From the NCBI RefSeq assembly GCF_963921235.1, contig NC_086107.1, positions 107,014,001 to 107,078,000 on the forward strand: a stretch of DNA of 64,000 nucleotides, in the 5' to 3' direction. The stretch is from Mobula hypostoma. Lineage: Eukaryota. Below are positions 1 to 13,469 of this stretch, in pieces. The notes under the pieces were generated by a model that saw only the letters and a list, made by a program, of their open reading frames with translations, ran no database searches and was not told the DNA's origin. A program made the position numbers and the translations under genes. Every line of letters begins with the position of its first letter. Within the stretch, counting starts at the first letter, position 1.

Positions 1-599
1 ATTTATATTTATTGTATTTTTTAATTATTGTGTTCTTTACCTTATTGTGCTACTTTGCGCTGCATTGGATTGGGAGTAATAATAACTTTGTTCTCCGTTA
101 CACTTGTGCAGCGGAGATGACATTAATCTACCAAACTTGAACCCCTGAGTATCTGTACCGTTCTATTTAATGTCCACGAGCAACGAACGCAAGTGTGGAC
201 ATTGCAGGAAAGCAGGGGTTAAAACCGAGCATGGATACTTTATACAGCCTGTCTACTTGTGGAGCTTCATAAAGGCTGCAGTCAGGATGATAAGCTGACA
301 GAGACAGCGTGCAGATATAGTATGGCCCTTGAAAACTTAACTTTTGTACAGCCTTTCCGATCAAGCTTGGGGACCAAGGTCACCAAGTTTACCAAAACAA
401 GGTAAAATTGCAAATGAAGGATTCTTGAACAACACTTACTATTGGACGGTTATTTTACTGATTCTCAAGTGTTATTGGCCACGAACATGTAGATTTAATT
501 GGTTATTAATACCTGAAGTATGCATTATGATTGGTGCTTAAATAATCAAATAATATTCAGCAGTAAAATGCACTAAGTTTCTATTGGATTAATACTTGG

Positions 600-945
600 A
601 TCATTATCATTGTTATGTGCCATGTTGTATGACTTGGGCGATCATGGTCTTTCCATGACCATGATTGTTCTCGGCAAATTTTTCTGCAGAAATGTCTTCT
701 TCTGGGCAGTGTCTTTACAAGATGGGTATCAATATTCCTCAGAGATTGTCTGCCTGGTGTCAGCGGTCACATAACCAGGACTTGTGATACGCACCGGCCG
801 CTCATACGACCGTCCACCACCTGCTCCCGTGGCTTTACGAGACCCTGAGCAGGTGCTACGCCTTGCCCAAGGGTGACCCGCAGTCTAGCGGAGGGAAGGA
901 GCGCCTACACCTCCTTTGGTAGAGATGTATCTCCACCCCTGCCAT
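600..945 (-). mobile_element. RTE-related short non-autonomous retroelement (family A)
   Basis: Reverse complement of the family seen at 16078, 28478 and 53205; (atg)n-type tail. Confidence 0.6.
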
Positions 946-1194
946 CCCAGCATTTGTACACAGCTAGTCAATTTCTGTTTAAAAATGGCATTTATTCGTT
1001 CATCCACTGGGGCAACAGGGCCAATGAAGTGCATTTGAGGAGTGAGCCCAAGTTGTCGAAGTCCAGTTAATTGTCAACAGCACAAGATCACAAGCACGGA
1101 TGAAGAAACAGTTTGACAAAAACATCAGATCTCTAACCCAACCTAGAGGAAGGAAATCCATCCACCACGCCAGAAAAGCACAGCAAACAAATGG

Positions 1195-1600
1195 CTGAAG
1201 ATTCCTCCCCACTCCCCCTTCTCTCTTCCTTTCCATTCCCCATTCTGGCTCCTTTCTTACCCCTTCTCTTCCTCTCACCTGCCCATCATCTCTCTCTGGT
1301 GCCCTTCCTCCTTCCCTTTCTCCCATGGTTCACACCCCCCCTCCTATTAGATCCCTTCTTCTTCAGCCCTTTACCTCTTCCACCTATCACCTCCCAGCTT
1401 CTCACTTCACCCCCAACCTGGCTTCACCTATCACCTGCCAGGTTGACCTCCTTCCCCTCCCCCCCAACTTCTTATTCTGGCTTCTGCCCCCCTTCCTTTC
1501 TAGTGAAGTGTCTTGGCCCAAAATGTCAACTGCTTCTTCTCCTTCATAGATGCATCCTGGCCTGTTGAGTTCCTCCAGCAGTTTGTGCGTGTTGCTCTAA
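1195..1600 (+). mobile_element. Penelope-like (PLE) 3'/pLTR-derived fragment
   Basis: Pyrimidine-rich body and the gatgc..cctg..ctg.tgagttcctccagca end shared with 37560-37910; hammerhead motif decayed. Confidence 0.65.
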
Positions 1601-2139
1601 ACACAGCTGGCAAATGTAAAGCAACAGCAACCAAAGATGAATGCAATTACTAAACAGGCTTCACTATCCTCCCCAAATTACTGCTGAAGTATTTAGGTGA
1701 AAGTGGAAAAATTCATGATTAACACATTTAAGGCATATTAGAAGATGTACTTAGGCCAGTGATATTGATGGGTTCTTGATTGGCAAGGGGGTAAGGGGGA
1801 AGGTAGGAAAACGGGGTTGAATGAAGAAAAACTTCAAACAGGGTTGAACGGTGAGGGAGACTTGATGGCCTAATTTTGCTCCTCTATCTTATGTTTTAGT
1901 TCCTGTTTTGTAGATGAGTGAAAACTAGTTTTCTATGAGTTTTTTTTTAACCTAGGGTACAAATCAATTTTATTTATTTATAGATATACAGCTCTTCCGG
2001 CCCTTCGAGACACACCGCCCGTCAACCCCCAATTTAATTCCCCTCCATGGGTATATCTATAATATATACACACACAGAGTTCTTACTGTAATTTACAGTT
2101 TTTCTATTATTATGTATTGCATTGTACTGCTGCTGCAAA

Positions 2140-2670
2140 GTTTACTGTGTTCAGTTCTCTACAGGAAGGATGTGGATACAATAGAGAGAGTGCAGAGGAG
2201 ATTTACAGGGATGTTGCCTGGATTGGGGAGCATGCCTTATGAGAATAGGATGAGTGAACTTGGCCTTTTCTCCTTGGAGCGACGGAGGATGAGAGGTGAC
2301 TTGACAAAGGTGTATAAGATGATGAGAGGCATTGATCATGTGGATAGCCAGAGGCTTTTTCCCAGGGGTGAAATGGTTAACACAAGGGGGCATAGTTTCA
2401 TGGTGCTTGGAAATAGGTACCGAGGGGTTGTCAGGGGAAAGTTTTTCACACACAGAGTGGTGGGCGCGTGGAATGCACTGCCGATGACGGTGGTGGAAGT
2501 GGATACAATAGGGTCTTTTAAGAGACTCTTAGATAGGTATGTGGAGTTTAGAAAAATAGAGGGCTATGTGGTAGGAAAATTCGAGGCAGTTTCTAGAGTA
2601 GGTTACATGGTTGGCACAACACTGTGGGCCGAAGGGCCTGTAATGTGCAGTAGATTTCTGTGTTACTATG
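2140..2670 (+). mobile_element. CR1 LINE 3' fragment
   Basis: ORF 2112..2714 has the CR1 ORF2 C-terminus (ERVQRRFT, LGLFSLERRRMRGDL, TRGH, FFTHRVV..WNALP) followed by the 3' UTR. Confidence 0.9.
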
Positions 2671-3246
2671 TTAACAAATTTTATGACATATGCCGTAATC
2701 ATTTTACGACCTGATTCTGATTCCAATTGTGATTCTGAGCAATCCTATCCGACTAAATTTCAATGCAGGGACCCAGCGTCTGATGCATTCTCCGATGGTC
2801 ACCTGTCAATGCCCACAGTGAACCCATCCTTCCCTCTACCCTCATCTGCAGTGCTCACCTCCAATGCCCCTGCCACACCCAGGTACAGTGTATAGCAGAG
2901 CACTGCCTGTCCCTCTTAGGCAATGACTGCATCTCCTACAAGAACTTCAACAGGACACAGGAGGCCGGTAATGTTAAGTTCAATGCAACATTGCGTTACA
3001 AAGGCTGTGAACGCTGTGTCTGCAATTCTCATTCTTCATGAATGTTTCACAAGCAAATGTTCAGGTGACTTGCAATGCCCCTAAAATAGTGTGGTGCCAT
3101 GAGACCTGCAGCCTTTGCAACTTGCCATAGAGCACTGAGCTTTTAGGGTTCCTGAGCACCTATATTTACTAATCATTAGCTTAACTAGAGCTGTTAAGCC
3201 CTTGTGATTTAAATTTAATCTGGTCAAGTTAATTGTGACTAGCACT

Positions 3247-4472
3247 AGGTTACTAGGAATGTTGACGAGGGTAAAGCGGTGGATGTTGTCTATATGGACT
3301 TCAGTAAGGCCTTTGACAAGGTCCCACATGGAAAGTTAGTTAGGAAGGTTCAATCGTTAGGTATTAGTATTGAAGTAGTAAAATGGATTCAGCAGTGGCT
3401 GGATGGGAGATGCCAGAGAGTGGTGGTGGAAAACTGTCAGATTGGAGGCCGGTGACTAGTGGTGTGCCTCAGGGATCTGTACTGAGTCCAATGTTATTTG
3501 TCATATACATTAATGATCTGGATGATGGGGTGGTAAATTGGATGAATAAGTATGCAGATGATAATAAGATAGGTGGAGTTGTGGATAATGAAGCAGGTTT
3601 TCAAAGCTTGCAGAGAGTTTTAGGCCAGTTAGAAGAATGGGCTGAAAGATGGCAGATGGAGTTTAATGCTGATAAATGTGAGGTGCTACACTTTGGTAGG
3701 ACTAATCAAAATAGGACATACATGGTAAATGGTAGGGCATTGAAGAATGCAGTAGAGCAGAGGGATCTAGGAATAATGGTGCATAGTTCCCTGAAGGTGG
3801 AATCTCATGTGGATAGGGTGGTGAAGAAAGCTTTTGGTATACTGGCCTTTATAAATCAGAGCGTTGAGTATAGGAGTTGGGATGTAATGTTGAAATTGTA
3901 CAAGGCATTGGTGAGGCCAGATTTGGAGTATTGTGTACAGTTTTGGTCTCCAAATTATAGGAAAGATGTCAACAAAATAGAGAGAGTACAGAGAAGATTT
4001 ACTAGAATGTTACCTGGATTTCATCACCTAAGTTACAGAGAAAGGTTGAATAAGTTGGGTCTTTATTCTTTGGAGTGTAGAAGGTTGAGGGGGGACTTGA
4101 TAGAGGTATTTAAAATTATGAGAGGGATAGATAGAGTTGATATGGATAGGCTTTTTCCATTGAGAGTGGGGGAGATTCAAACAAGAGGACATGAGTTGAG
4201 AGTTAAAGGACAAAAATTTAGGGGTAACATGAGGGGGAACTTCTTTACTCAGAGAGTGGTAGCTGTGTGGAACGAGCTTCCAGCAGAAGTGGTTGAGGCA
4301 GGTTCGATGTTGTCGTTTAAAGTTAAACTGGACAGCTATATGGGCAGGAAAGGAATGGAGGGTTATGGGCTGAGTGCAGATCAGTGGGACTGGGTGAGAG
4401 TAAGAGTTCGGCACGGACTAGAAGGGCCGAGATGGCCTGTTTCCGTGCTGTAATCGTTATATGGTTATATGA
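3247..4472 (+). mobile_element. Young 5'-truncated CR1 LINE, near-intact RT C-terminal half
   Basis: DFSKAFDKVPH, then after one frameshift ORF 3383..4453 with GVPQGSVL and YADD; short tandem tail gttatatg. Confidence 0.95.
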
Positions 4473-5019
4473 TTATAGCACAGATTTCCTGCATACTATG
4501 ATTATTTAAAGAGGGCTCCTGTTTAGTGCCTTACTGGAGTCATTGTGTTGGAGTGAATGTATTGTCTTGCAGGGTCACTTAGTCACTCCTCCGATGCTCT
4601 GCTGGTATTGCTATGTCTAAACTTTTCTTTCAGTCTGTTCATGGGGACCCTACCGCCCTCTGCTCCTGGGCTCGAGTCGTGGTCAGCGCTTCCCGTGATT
4701 GGGAGCCTGCCGTTCCTCTGTACCTGGGTCCAGCCCGGTCCTCCCAGGGCACACCATGACACGTAGAGCTGTTCGTGAATCCCTGTTGTTGAAGTAGAAC
4801 TCTGTAGGTCTCCTTGAGGATGGCTGTGATCCAGTTTGTGCCCTGGAAATTAGACCTGAACTGAGGTGGCGGGGTCGGACAGATCGGAGAATGTGACAAG
4901 TGAATGGTATAGGGATTGTCGCGTCGGGAATCCCTGTGAAATGAGCTTCCAAATAACTAGTCCCACTGACTCCAGTTTAAGGTAAGATCTGCTTGAATGC
5001 ATAATGAGTGACTCCTACC

Positions 5020-5342
5020 AGACCTGTACAGATAGAGTACCTATTTCCCAGGCTTGAAATGTCTAACAACAGAGGCCATGCATTTAAGGTGGGAGGGGGT
5101 AATTTTTTTTTAAAACTGAGTGCAGTGGGTGCCTGGAATGCACTACCTGGGGTGGCGGGAGAGGCAGATATATTCGAGACTTTTCAGAGATGTTTAGAAA
5201 GGCACATGCGTGTGAGGAAAATGGAGGGTTGTGGACATTGTATAGGCAGAGGGGGAGTTAGTTTAGTTGGCTATTTGAGTACTGATTTAATTGGTTTGGC
5301 ACGACATTGTGGGGCTGTGCTGTGCTGTACTGTTTTGTGTTC
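5020..5342 (+). mobile_element. CR1 3' fragment
   Basis: LFPR..MSNNRGH, WNALP and a CR1-type 3' UTR; same subfamily as 60940-61440. Confidence 0.8.
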
Positions 5343-5374
5343 AAACCTCCCAAGATAACTCCCGACTTCATGAA

Positions 5375-5600
5375 CGCACGAGGTCTAAGGATGCTGGAAG
5401 TCTACAGCAACACACGCAACATGTTGAAAGTTTGTGGAGCGGAATAAACAGTCAAGGTTTTGGGTCGAGACTCCACAGCGGGACTCTTTCGTCAGGGTCC
5501 TGATGAAGGATCTTGGCCTGAAACGTCAACTGTTTATTCCTCTCCATGAATGCTGCCCTGACTTGCTGAGTTCCTCCGGCATTTTGTTTGTGAAATCTCT
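5375..5600. mobile_element. Palindromic PLE-derived mini-element with hammerhead motif
   Basis: Inverted pLTR-like arms; CTGATGA (5500-5506) ... GAAACGTC (5520-5527). Confidence 0.65.
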
Positions 5601-6382
5601 ACTTTAGATCTTTTCATCTTTCCAAACTTCCTCGAGGTTCTGGCATCACCCCTGACTTAAATGCTTGTTTTAGTCCCACAGAGCTGGGTGAAAGGAAATG
5701 TAGCACAGAAACAGGCCCTTTAGGCCAAACTGTCCATGTCAACTATGTTGTCCACCTATGCTACCCCCATTGCCAGCATTAGGCCCATATCCCCCTATTC
5801 TTTCCCTATCCATGCACCTGTCCAAATGCCTTTTAAATGCTGTAATTGTAGCCCCTCTACCCAAAGTCAAAGTAAATTTATTATCGAAGTATATATATGT
5901 CGCTAGGTACTACCCTGAGATTCACTTTCTTGCGGGCATTCACAGTAAGTACAAAGAAACAGAATCCTCGCGCAACAAAAAGGGACAAACAGCCAGTGTG
6001 CAAGACAACAAACTGTGCAAATACAAAAAAAGTAAATAACAAAATAATGATAAATAAATAAGCAATAAATATCAAGAACATGAGATGAAGAATCCTTGAA
6101 AGTGAGTCCATAGGTTGTGGGAACAGTTCAGTGATGGATGGAGTGAAGCTGAGTGAAATTATCCCCTCCGGTTCAAGAGCCTGATGGTTGAGGGGTAATA
6201 ATTGTTCCTGAACCTGCTGGTGTGAGACTCGAGGCTCCTTCTTCCTGATGGCAACAGTGAGAAGGGAGAAACATGCCCTGGATGGCGACAGTAACTATTT
6301 CTGGCAGTCCTGTTCCATTTAACCACCACCCTCTGCCTGAAAAACTTGCTACTTCAGGAAAGGCGTCATCAGTCTTCAATCC

Positions 6383-7225
6383 TGGGACGGCATGGTAGCA
6401 TAGTGGTTGGCACCACACTCTACAGTACGGGCAACCCGGGTTCACTTCCTGCTGCTGCCCGTAAAGGGTTTGTACGTTCTCCCCGTGACCGCGAGGGTTT
6501 CCTCCGGGTGCTCTGGTTTCCTCCCACAGTCCAAAGACGTACTGGTTGGTAGGCTAATTGGTCATTGTAAATTGTTCAAAGTTCAAAGTAAAATTTTTTG
6601 TCAGAGTACACACAGGGTACTATGTACAACCCTGAGATTCTTTTTCTGCGGGCATACTTAGCACAATCTATAGAACAGTAACTGTAAACAGGATCACCGG
6701 ACTGTGCAAATGCAGATTATAAATAAATAAACGAGCATGAAATAACAAGTTGAAAGAGTCCTTAAATGAGTGTAGTTATCCCCTTTTGTTCAAGAGCCTG
6801 ATGGTTGAGCTCTTGAACCTGGTGGTGGGGACACTGAGGCTTTTGATGACGGCAGCGAGAAGAACCTGGCCTGGGTGCCAAGGATCTCTGATGATGAATG
6901 CTGCTTTTTTTCCGGGCAGCATTTCATGTAGATGTGCTCAATAGTTGGGAAGGTTTTACCCACGATGTACCGGGCCAAATCGGTGACCTTTTTGTAGGAC
7001 TTGCCACACAAAGGCACTGGTGTGCCCATACCAGCCTGCAATACAACCAGTCAGCGCACTTTCCACCACACAGCTATAGAAGGATTTTGAGGACATGCCA
7101 AATCTCCGCAGACTCACGAGGAAGCAGAGGCGCTGTCGTGATTAGGTCAGGAGTAAATCGGGAGTTTGCTGGGCAGCAAGGCTCGAAGGCCCAGAAGGGC
7201 CAATTTTGCTCTGTATCCAAATAAA
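6383..7225 (+). mobile_element. tRNA-derived SINE (6383-6577 + 7138-7225) split by a minus-strand Rex1/Babar-type LINE fragment (6578-7137)
   Basis: A-box-like tagcatagtgg, B-box-like ggttcacttcc and core gggtttcctccgggtgctctggtttcctcccac. The SINE tail resumes after the insert, whose ORF 6790..7041 is Rex1-like. Confidence 0.75.
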
Positions 7226-7586
7226 TCCTGAGTGGAACATTTCCAAACAATGGGATAGTGGGTTATTAAAGTTTTACTGTAGAATGCAATGCTGATCTAC
7301 GCCATGTGTGTCTGTAACCTGGTGTGTTTCAGCTGCCAATAAGCCCTGAGGACACTGCTAACATTTTTTTTTTGCATTATGAAGCTGTGCCCTCATTTCC
7401 TCAGTCACTTAAAGCTCAAAATGTTCTCTTTTCATCAGCCCTGTGGGATCCAAGCATTCATAATTTGCCATCCATTTTGTCATCGGTTAGGAATGGGATC
7501 ACCCATTGAATTGGTTCATCTACTTTCGTAATGACTTTTGACGCTTCTATTCTGTCAACGCACACATTTTTATATCCAGTGGCCAC

Positions 7587-8810
7587 TTTAGCAAACAATA
7601 CCAAGGTGGATAGAAAAAGCTTTTTCAAGTATATAAAAAATAAAAGAGAGACGAGAGAGGATATAGGACTGTAAGAAAATGAGGCCGGAGAAATAATAAC
7701 GGGGGCAAGGAGATGGCAGATGAACTAAATGAGTGTTTTGCATCAGTTTTCACTGTGGAAGACATGAGCGGTGTGCCAGGTGTTGAAGGGTGTGAGGGAA
7801 GAGAGGTGAATGCAGTTACTCATACAAGAGTGAAGGTGCTCAAAAACCTGAAGGACCTAAAGGTACGTAAGTCACCTGGACCAGATGAACTGCAATCTAG
7901 AGTTCTGAAAGAGGTAGCGGTAGAGATTGTGGAGGCATTAGTAATGATCTTTCAAGAATCACTGGACTCTGGCATGGTTCCAGAAGTCTGGAAAATTACA
8001 AATATCACTCCACTCTTTAAGAAAGGAGGGAGGCAGCAGAAAGGAGATTATAGCCTGACCTCAGTGATTGGGAAGAAGTTGGAGTCAATTGTTAAGGATG
8101 AGGTTATGGAGTACTTGGTGACACAAGACACGATAGCACAAAGTCAGCACGGTTTCCTTAAGATTACAAATAGGATGAATAAAGGGGATGCAGTGAATGT
8201 TGTATATTTGGATCTTCAGAAGGCCTTTGACAAGATGCCACATATGAGGCTGCTTTCCAAGTTAAGAGCCCATGGTATTACAGGAAACTTTTTAGCAAGG
8301 TTGGAGCATTGGCTGATTGGTAGGAGGCAGCGAGCGGGAATAAGATGATCATTTTCTGGTTGGCTGCCAATGACTAATGGTGTTCCGCAGGGGTCAGGTT
8401 GGGACCTCCTCTTTTTATGCTGTATGTCAATGATTTAGATGATGGAATAGATGGCTTTGTTGCCAACTTTGCAGACGCTATGAAGGGCAGGTAGTGTTGA
8501 GGAAACAGGAAGGCTGCAGAAGGACTTAGACAGATTAGGAGAATGGCCAGGAAACTGGCATATGAAATACAATATTAGAAAATGCATGGTCATGCACCTT
8601 GGTAGAAGAAATAAATGTGCCGAATATTTTCTAAATGGGGAGAAACCCAAAAATCTGAGATGCCAAAGGACCTGGGAGTCCTAGTGCAGAACACTCTCTA
8701 CTTGCAGGTTGAGTCAGTGGTGAGGAAAGGAAATGTAATGTTAGCATTCATTTCAAAAGGTCAAGAATCTAAGAGCAGGGATGTGATGCTGAGGTTTTCT
8801 AAGGCCTGTA
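7587..8810 (+). mobile_element. CR1 LINE internal ORF2 fragment (degenerate)
   Basis: KSPGPD, ITPLFKKG, SQHGF and LDLQKAFDK motifs in ORF 7713..8348; stops and frameshifts downstream. Confidence 0.9.
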
Positions 8811-8844
8811 CTGGACTCAGCATGCAAAACTATTTTAGGGGACC

Positions 8845-9520
8845 TGTCCTGGACGCAGCATGTACGTGCAATCGTGAAGAGAACGCGCCAGCATCTCGAC
8901 TTCCTTCGGAGCCTGCGGGGATTCAGCATGACATCCAAAACTTTGACGAACTTCTGTAGATGTGTGGTGGAGAGTATATTGACTGGCTACATCACAGCCT
9001 GGTATGGAAACACCAATGCCTTTGAATGGAAAATCCTGCAAAAGATGGTGGATTCAGCCCAGTACGTCGAGGGTAAAGCTCTCCCAACCATTGCGCACAT
9101 CTACATGAAATACTGTCATAGGAAAGCAGCATCCATCATCAGAGGTCCTCACCACCCAGGCCATGCTCTTTTCTCACCGCTGCCATCAGGTAGAAGGTAC
9201 AAGAGACACAGAACTCGCACCACCAGTTCAAGAACAGTTACTACCCCTCAACCATCAGGCTCTTGAACATAGGCAATAACTACGCTCACTTGCCCCATCA
9301 CTGAGATGTTTCCACAACCAATGATCTCACTTTAAGGACTTTATCTCATGTTCTCATTATTTATTGCTATTTATTTATACTTGCACAGTTTGTTGTCTCC
9401 TGCACTCTGGCTGATCTTTCATTGATCCCGTTATAGTTACTTTTCTATAAATTTACTAAGTATGCCCACAAGAAAATGAATTTCAGGGTTGTATATGGTG
9501 ACATATATGTAGATTGAGAT
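8845..9520 (+). mobile_element. Rex1/Babar-type LINE 3' fragment
   Basis: ORF 8874..9266 FLRSL..F, NFCRCVVESILTGYITAWYGN, HPGHALF..LPSGRRY; 3' UTR nearly repeated at 62800-63160. Confidence 0.85.
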
Positions 9521-9984
9521 ACCTTTTGAAGTCTCCCTCCTTAACCATGAGATGTCCTCTGGTCAATCATATTGTCACTGAAGTTGAATCAGGAATTGGG
9601 CCTGGAGGTGTCCCAGAAATGAAGATAGGAGATCATGATAAATTGTGGAATAGAAGCACGTGAAGAGTGTGTGGAGATAGCAGAACAGGTAGATAAGATG
9701 GTTAGAAAGGCAGACATTAAGATTCTTGCCTTCACTCGCAATGGCATAGACGACAGAACTTAGCCATGATGGAATTGCGTGTAACACTTCAAAGTTCAAA
9801 AGTACTTACAAAAGATTCATTTTCTTGCAGGCATTCACAGTAGAACATAGAAACACAAGAGAACCAATGAAAAATGATACACAAATTCTGATAAACAACC
9901 AATGTGCAAAAGAAATCAAACTGTGAAAATACAGAAAAAAAATAATATTAAATAAACAATACTGAGAACATGAGTTGTAGAATT

Positions 9985-10250
9985 GTAACGCAACACTCAC
10001 AACGTGCTGGAGGAACTCAGCAGGCCAGGCAGCATCTATGGACAAGAGTAAAATGATCGACATTCCCGGCTGAGACCCTTCCACAGGACTGGACTCTGAC
10101 TTCTCCTGTTCCTTTCCAGTCCTGAAGAAGGGTCTCGGCCGGAAACGTCAACCGTATACTTTTCCATAGATGCTGCCTGAGCTGCTGAGTTCCTCCAGCA
10201 TTTTGTGCGTGTTGCTTTGGATTTCCAGCATCTGCAGATTTTTCTCGTGT
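9985..10250. mobile_element. Palindromic PLE-derived mini-element with hammerhead motifs on both strands
   Basis: Arms ~9990-10092 and ~10116-10213 are inverted copies; plus-strand core CTGAAGA (10122-10128) ... GAAACGTC (10142-10149). Confidence 0.8.
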
Positions 10251-11079
10251 TTGTAGAGCTGTAGACTTGCAATTGGATCCAATATTGGCCTGATGATGGG
10301 ATGACGCTGGAGGGCTGATTTTGTGATTGGACCTGGGACTCTTCCCGCTCACCGCTGTAGACAATTTGGATATTAATATAGGATTATGAAGTTTGCAGAT
10401 GACACAAGTGATAGTGGTGTTGTGACAGTGAGGAGGTGAGCCACAAGTTGGTGGATATTGATCAGCTGGTAAAGATGAGCGGAGCAATGGTAGGTGGGAT
10501 TTACTCTTGGGAAGTGTTAGGTGATATGCTTTGGGAGGATGAATATAGGTAGGAGACACACCGTGGTTGGTAAAGCCCGAGGGCAGATCGAGGACCAGAG
10601 GAATCTGGGTGGACAAGAATCCCTGAAAGTGCTAGTTGTGAAAGTCAGTGAAGACATTTGAAAAAGTTTCCTTCGTTAGCCAGGGGAGAAAAGAAGAGCA
10701 GGGAGAATGTAGAACATAGAACAGTACTACACAGGAACAGGTCAGTCGGTCCACAATATCGTGTCAAACTCATTAAATTATTAATTAAACTAAACTAATC
10801 TCTTCTGCCTACTCAATATTCACATCCCTCCATCCTCATCTAAGAGCTAAGTTTTATTTATTTATTTATTGAGATACAGTGCGGAATAAGCCCCTTGAGC
10901 CACACTGCCCAGCAACTTCCCAATTTAACCCTAGTCGAATCACAGGACAACTTACAATGACCAATTAACCCAGCAACTCATACATCTTTGGACTGTGGGA
11001 GGAAACTGGAGCACTCGAAGGAAACCCATGCGCTCACAAGAAGAATGTACAAACTCCTTTCATTCGACGGCTGAATTAT

Positions 11080-11460
11080 AGAGTCATAGAGCCCCTATGG
11101 CTCAGAAACAGGCCCTTTGGCCCATCTAATCCATGCAGAACTGTTATTTTTTATAATCCAATCAACCCATACCTGGATAATAGCCCTTCATACCCTTCCC
11201 ATCCATGTACTTATCCCAACTTCTCTTAAATATTGAAATCAAACCCAGATCTTCCAGTTCCTCTGGTCGCTTGTTCCTCACCCTCACCACCCTCTGAGTG
11301 AAAAAGCTTTTTCTTAGACTCCCCTTTAATATTTCCCCTTTCACCCTTAACCTATGACCTCTCATTCTAGTTTCACCCAACCTCAGTGGAAAAAGCCTGC
11401 TTAACTCTATTAACTCTATCTAGATCTCTCGTAATTTTGTATGCCTTTGACAAATCTCCC
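11080..11460 (-). mobile_element. CR1 3' fragment
   Basis: ORF 11162..11380 TRMRGHRL, FFTQRVVRV. Confidence 0.8.
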
Positions 11461-11954
11461 CACATTCTCCTTCTTAAATGCCTCTATTGTGTCAGTCTCT
11501 ACCATTAACCCTTGCAGCGCGTTCCAGCGCTCCCTGTGTCAAAAAACACTTGCCCTGCACATCTCCCTTCCTCCTCTCCCCTTCATTGAATGTCCTCTGG
11601 TATTAGACAGGTTATGGTCCAACTTCATAAAACTTTGCCTAAACCACAGCAAGGGTACTGTCTATAGTTCTGGTTACCACCCTCTGGCAAAGTTGTGATT
11701 CCATTTGCAGAGGCTCACTTGGAGAGATTGAATGGGCTGGGACTGTCCTCGGAGCAGAGGGAGCCAGGGGAACCTGATAGAGTTAACAGTATGTAGGTTG
11801 CATGTGTAGTAGGAAACTTTTCTCTGTAGCAGAGGTTTTTGAAAACTAGATGGCATCAGTTTCAGATAAAGGATAAAAGGTTTAGAGAGGGCTTGAGGAA
11901 AAAGTGTTTTACCCAAAAGGTGGTTACAAACTTCGCGAAGGGGTGATGGAAGCT

Positions 11955-13185
11955 GAGACTTCCATGTTGTGTTGAAGCTGTACAAGACTTGGGTGAAGTC
12001 CAGATTTAAAGCATAGTGCGCAGTTCTGGTCACCCAACTATAGGAAAGATATCAATGATCTTGAAAGACTTCAGATGTCACCGGACCTGAGGATCCATGT
12101 TATAGGGGAAAGTTGAATAGGTGAGGACTTTATTCCTTGGAACGCAGAAGAATAAGGCGAGTTAATATAAAATTATGAGGTGTGTGAATAGGGTGAACGC
12201 ATGCAGGCCTTTTCACCTCAGCTTGGATGAGACTGGAACTAGAGCCCATATAAATTTCTAAATATCAAAAAATTACTAAAAAAGAGCAGTAAAAAAACTG
12301 ATTAGAAAGGCTCGCTCTGTTATAGGAGTCAAACTGGACACACTAGAGGCTGTGGTAGAACAAAGGACCCTATGGAAAATCCTGGTAATTCTGGACAATG
12401 TTTCTCACCCTCTGCATGCCACCTTGGCTGAACAGAGGAACATTGTTAGTAATAGACTAAGACAACTGTGCTGCTCCAAACAGCGTTATATGAGGTCAAT
12501 ATTACTCTCAGCCATTAGACTCTATAATGAGTCAACCTATAGCTGGGGAAGTGATGACCCCCTCCTGTTAGGCTGTTTGTGGTAACTTATTTTTTATTCT
12601 TTCTACTTCTCTTCTAATATTTATATCTGTGCACTTGTAATGCTACTGTGACACTGTAATTCCCTTTGGGATCAATAAAGTATCTATCTATCTGCCTATC
12701 TGAATTAAATCAATGTTTGGTGTGACCACCCTTTGGTTTGAAAACTGCATCAATTCTCTAAGGTACAACGTTGTGCAATTTTAGAAGAAAATTGGCTGCT
12801 CGGTTGTTCGAAGCATCTTGGAGAACTTGCCACGGTTGTTCTGCAGATTTGAGTTGTCTCGCTAGCTTCTGTCTCTGTAGGTAATCTCAGACTGCCTGCA
12901 TGATGTTGAGATCAGGACTCTATGGTGGCCGCACATCTGGAACCATATATAAAAATCTGGGCTGTCTAAAACTTTCGCACAGTACTGTAGGTAGAGCATT
13001 GGAGTTGAAATATTTAAGGGGAATCTGAGGGGAAACATCTTCACTCAGAGTGTGAAGCAAGTGTGGAACGATAAGTACGTGGATGAGAAGATTTTGGAGA
13101 ATTATGATCTGGGTTCAGGTAGATGGGACTAGGCAGAAGATTGGGTTGGCATAGACTAGATGGGCCGAAGAGTCTACTTCTGTGC
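11955..13185 (+). mobile_element. Triple nest: CR1 interrupted by a Tc1-like fragment (~12247-12989), itself interrupted by a Rex1-type fragment (~12297-12700)
   Basis: CR1 sequence stops near 12246 and resumes near 12990; Tc1-type end ...aactttcgcacagtactgta; ORF 12352..12585 ILDNVSHPLH with a (tatc)n tail. Confidence 0.65.
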
Positions 13186-13469
13186 TCAACCTATCTCCAT
13201 AACTCAGTATCTCGAGTCCTAACAACATCTTCGTACATTTTTTTTTGGACGTTTGGTTGATCGTCGAGCTTGACAAAATGATTGCAGACGTTTCGACTCC
13301 AATCGAGAAGCCATTACCAGTGCGCATTTAAGGGCGTCGTCTCTTCAGAATGGCGGTTTATATACTCCCCGGGAGTTGAACGGATATTGATTAGATGTCA
13401 TGATCTAGATGGCTGGTTCAAAACACTGTGAATAGTTTAGCAGTAGAAGATTCTGACTGGCTAGCTTTG

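Noticed and set aside
3383..4453. 356-aa RT ORF as a functional or domesticated gene
   Set aside because: 5'-truncated, frameshifted CR1 copy lacking the endonuclease and N-terminal RT.
6383..6465. tRNA gene
   Set aside because: A/B boxes belong to a SINE head continuing into the SINE core; many diverged copies in the window.
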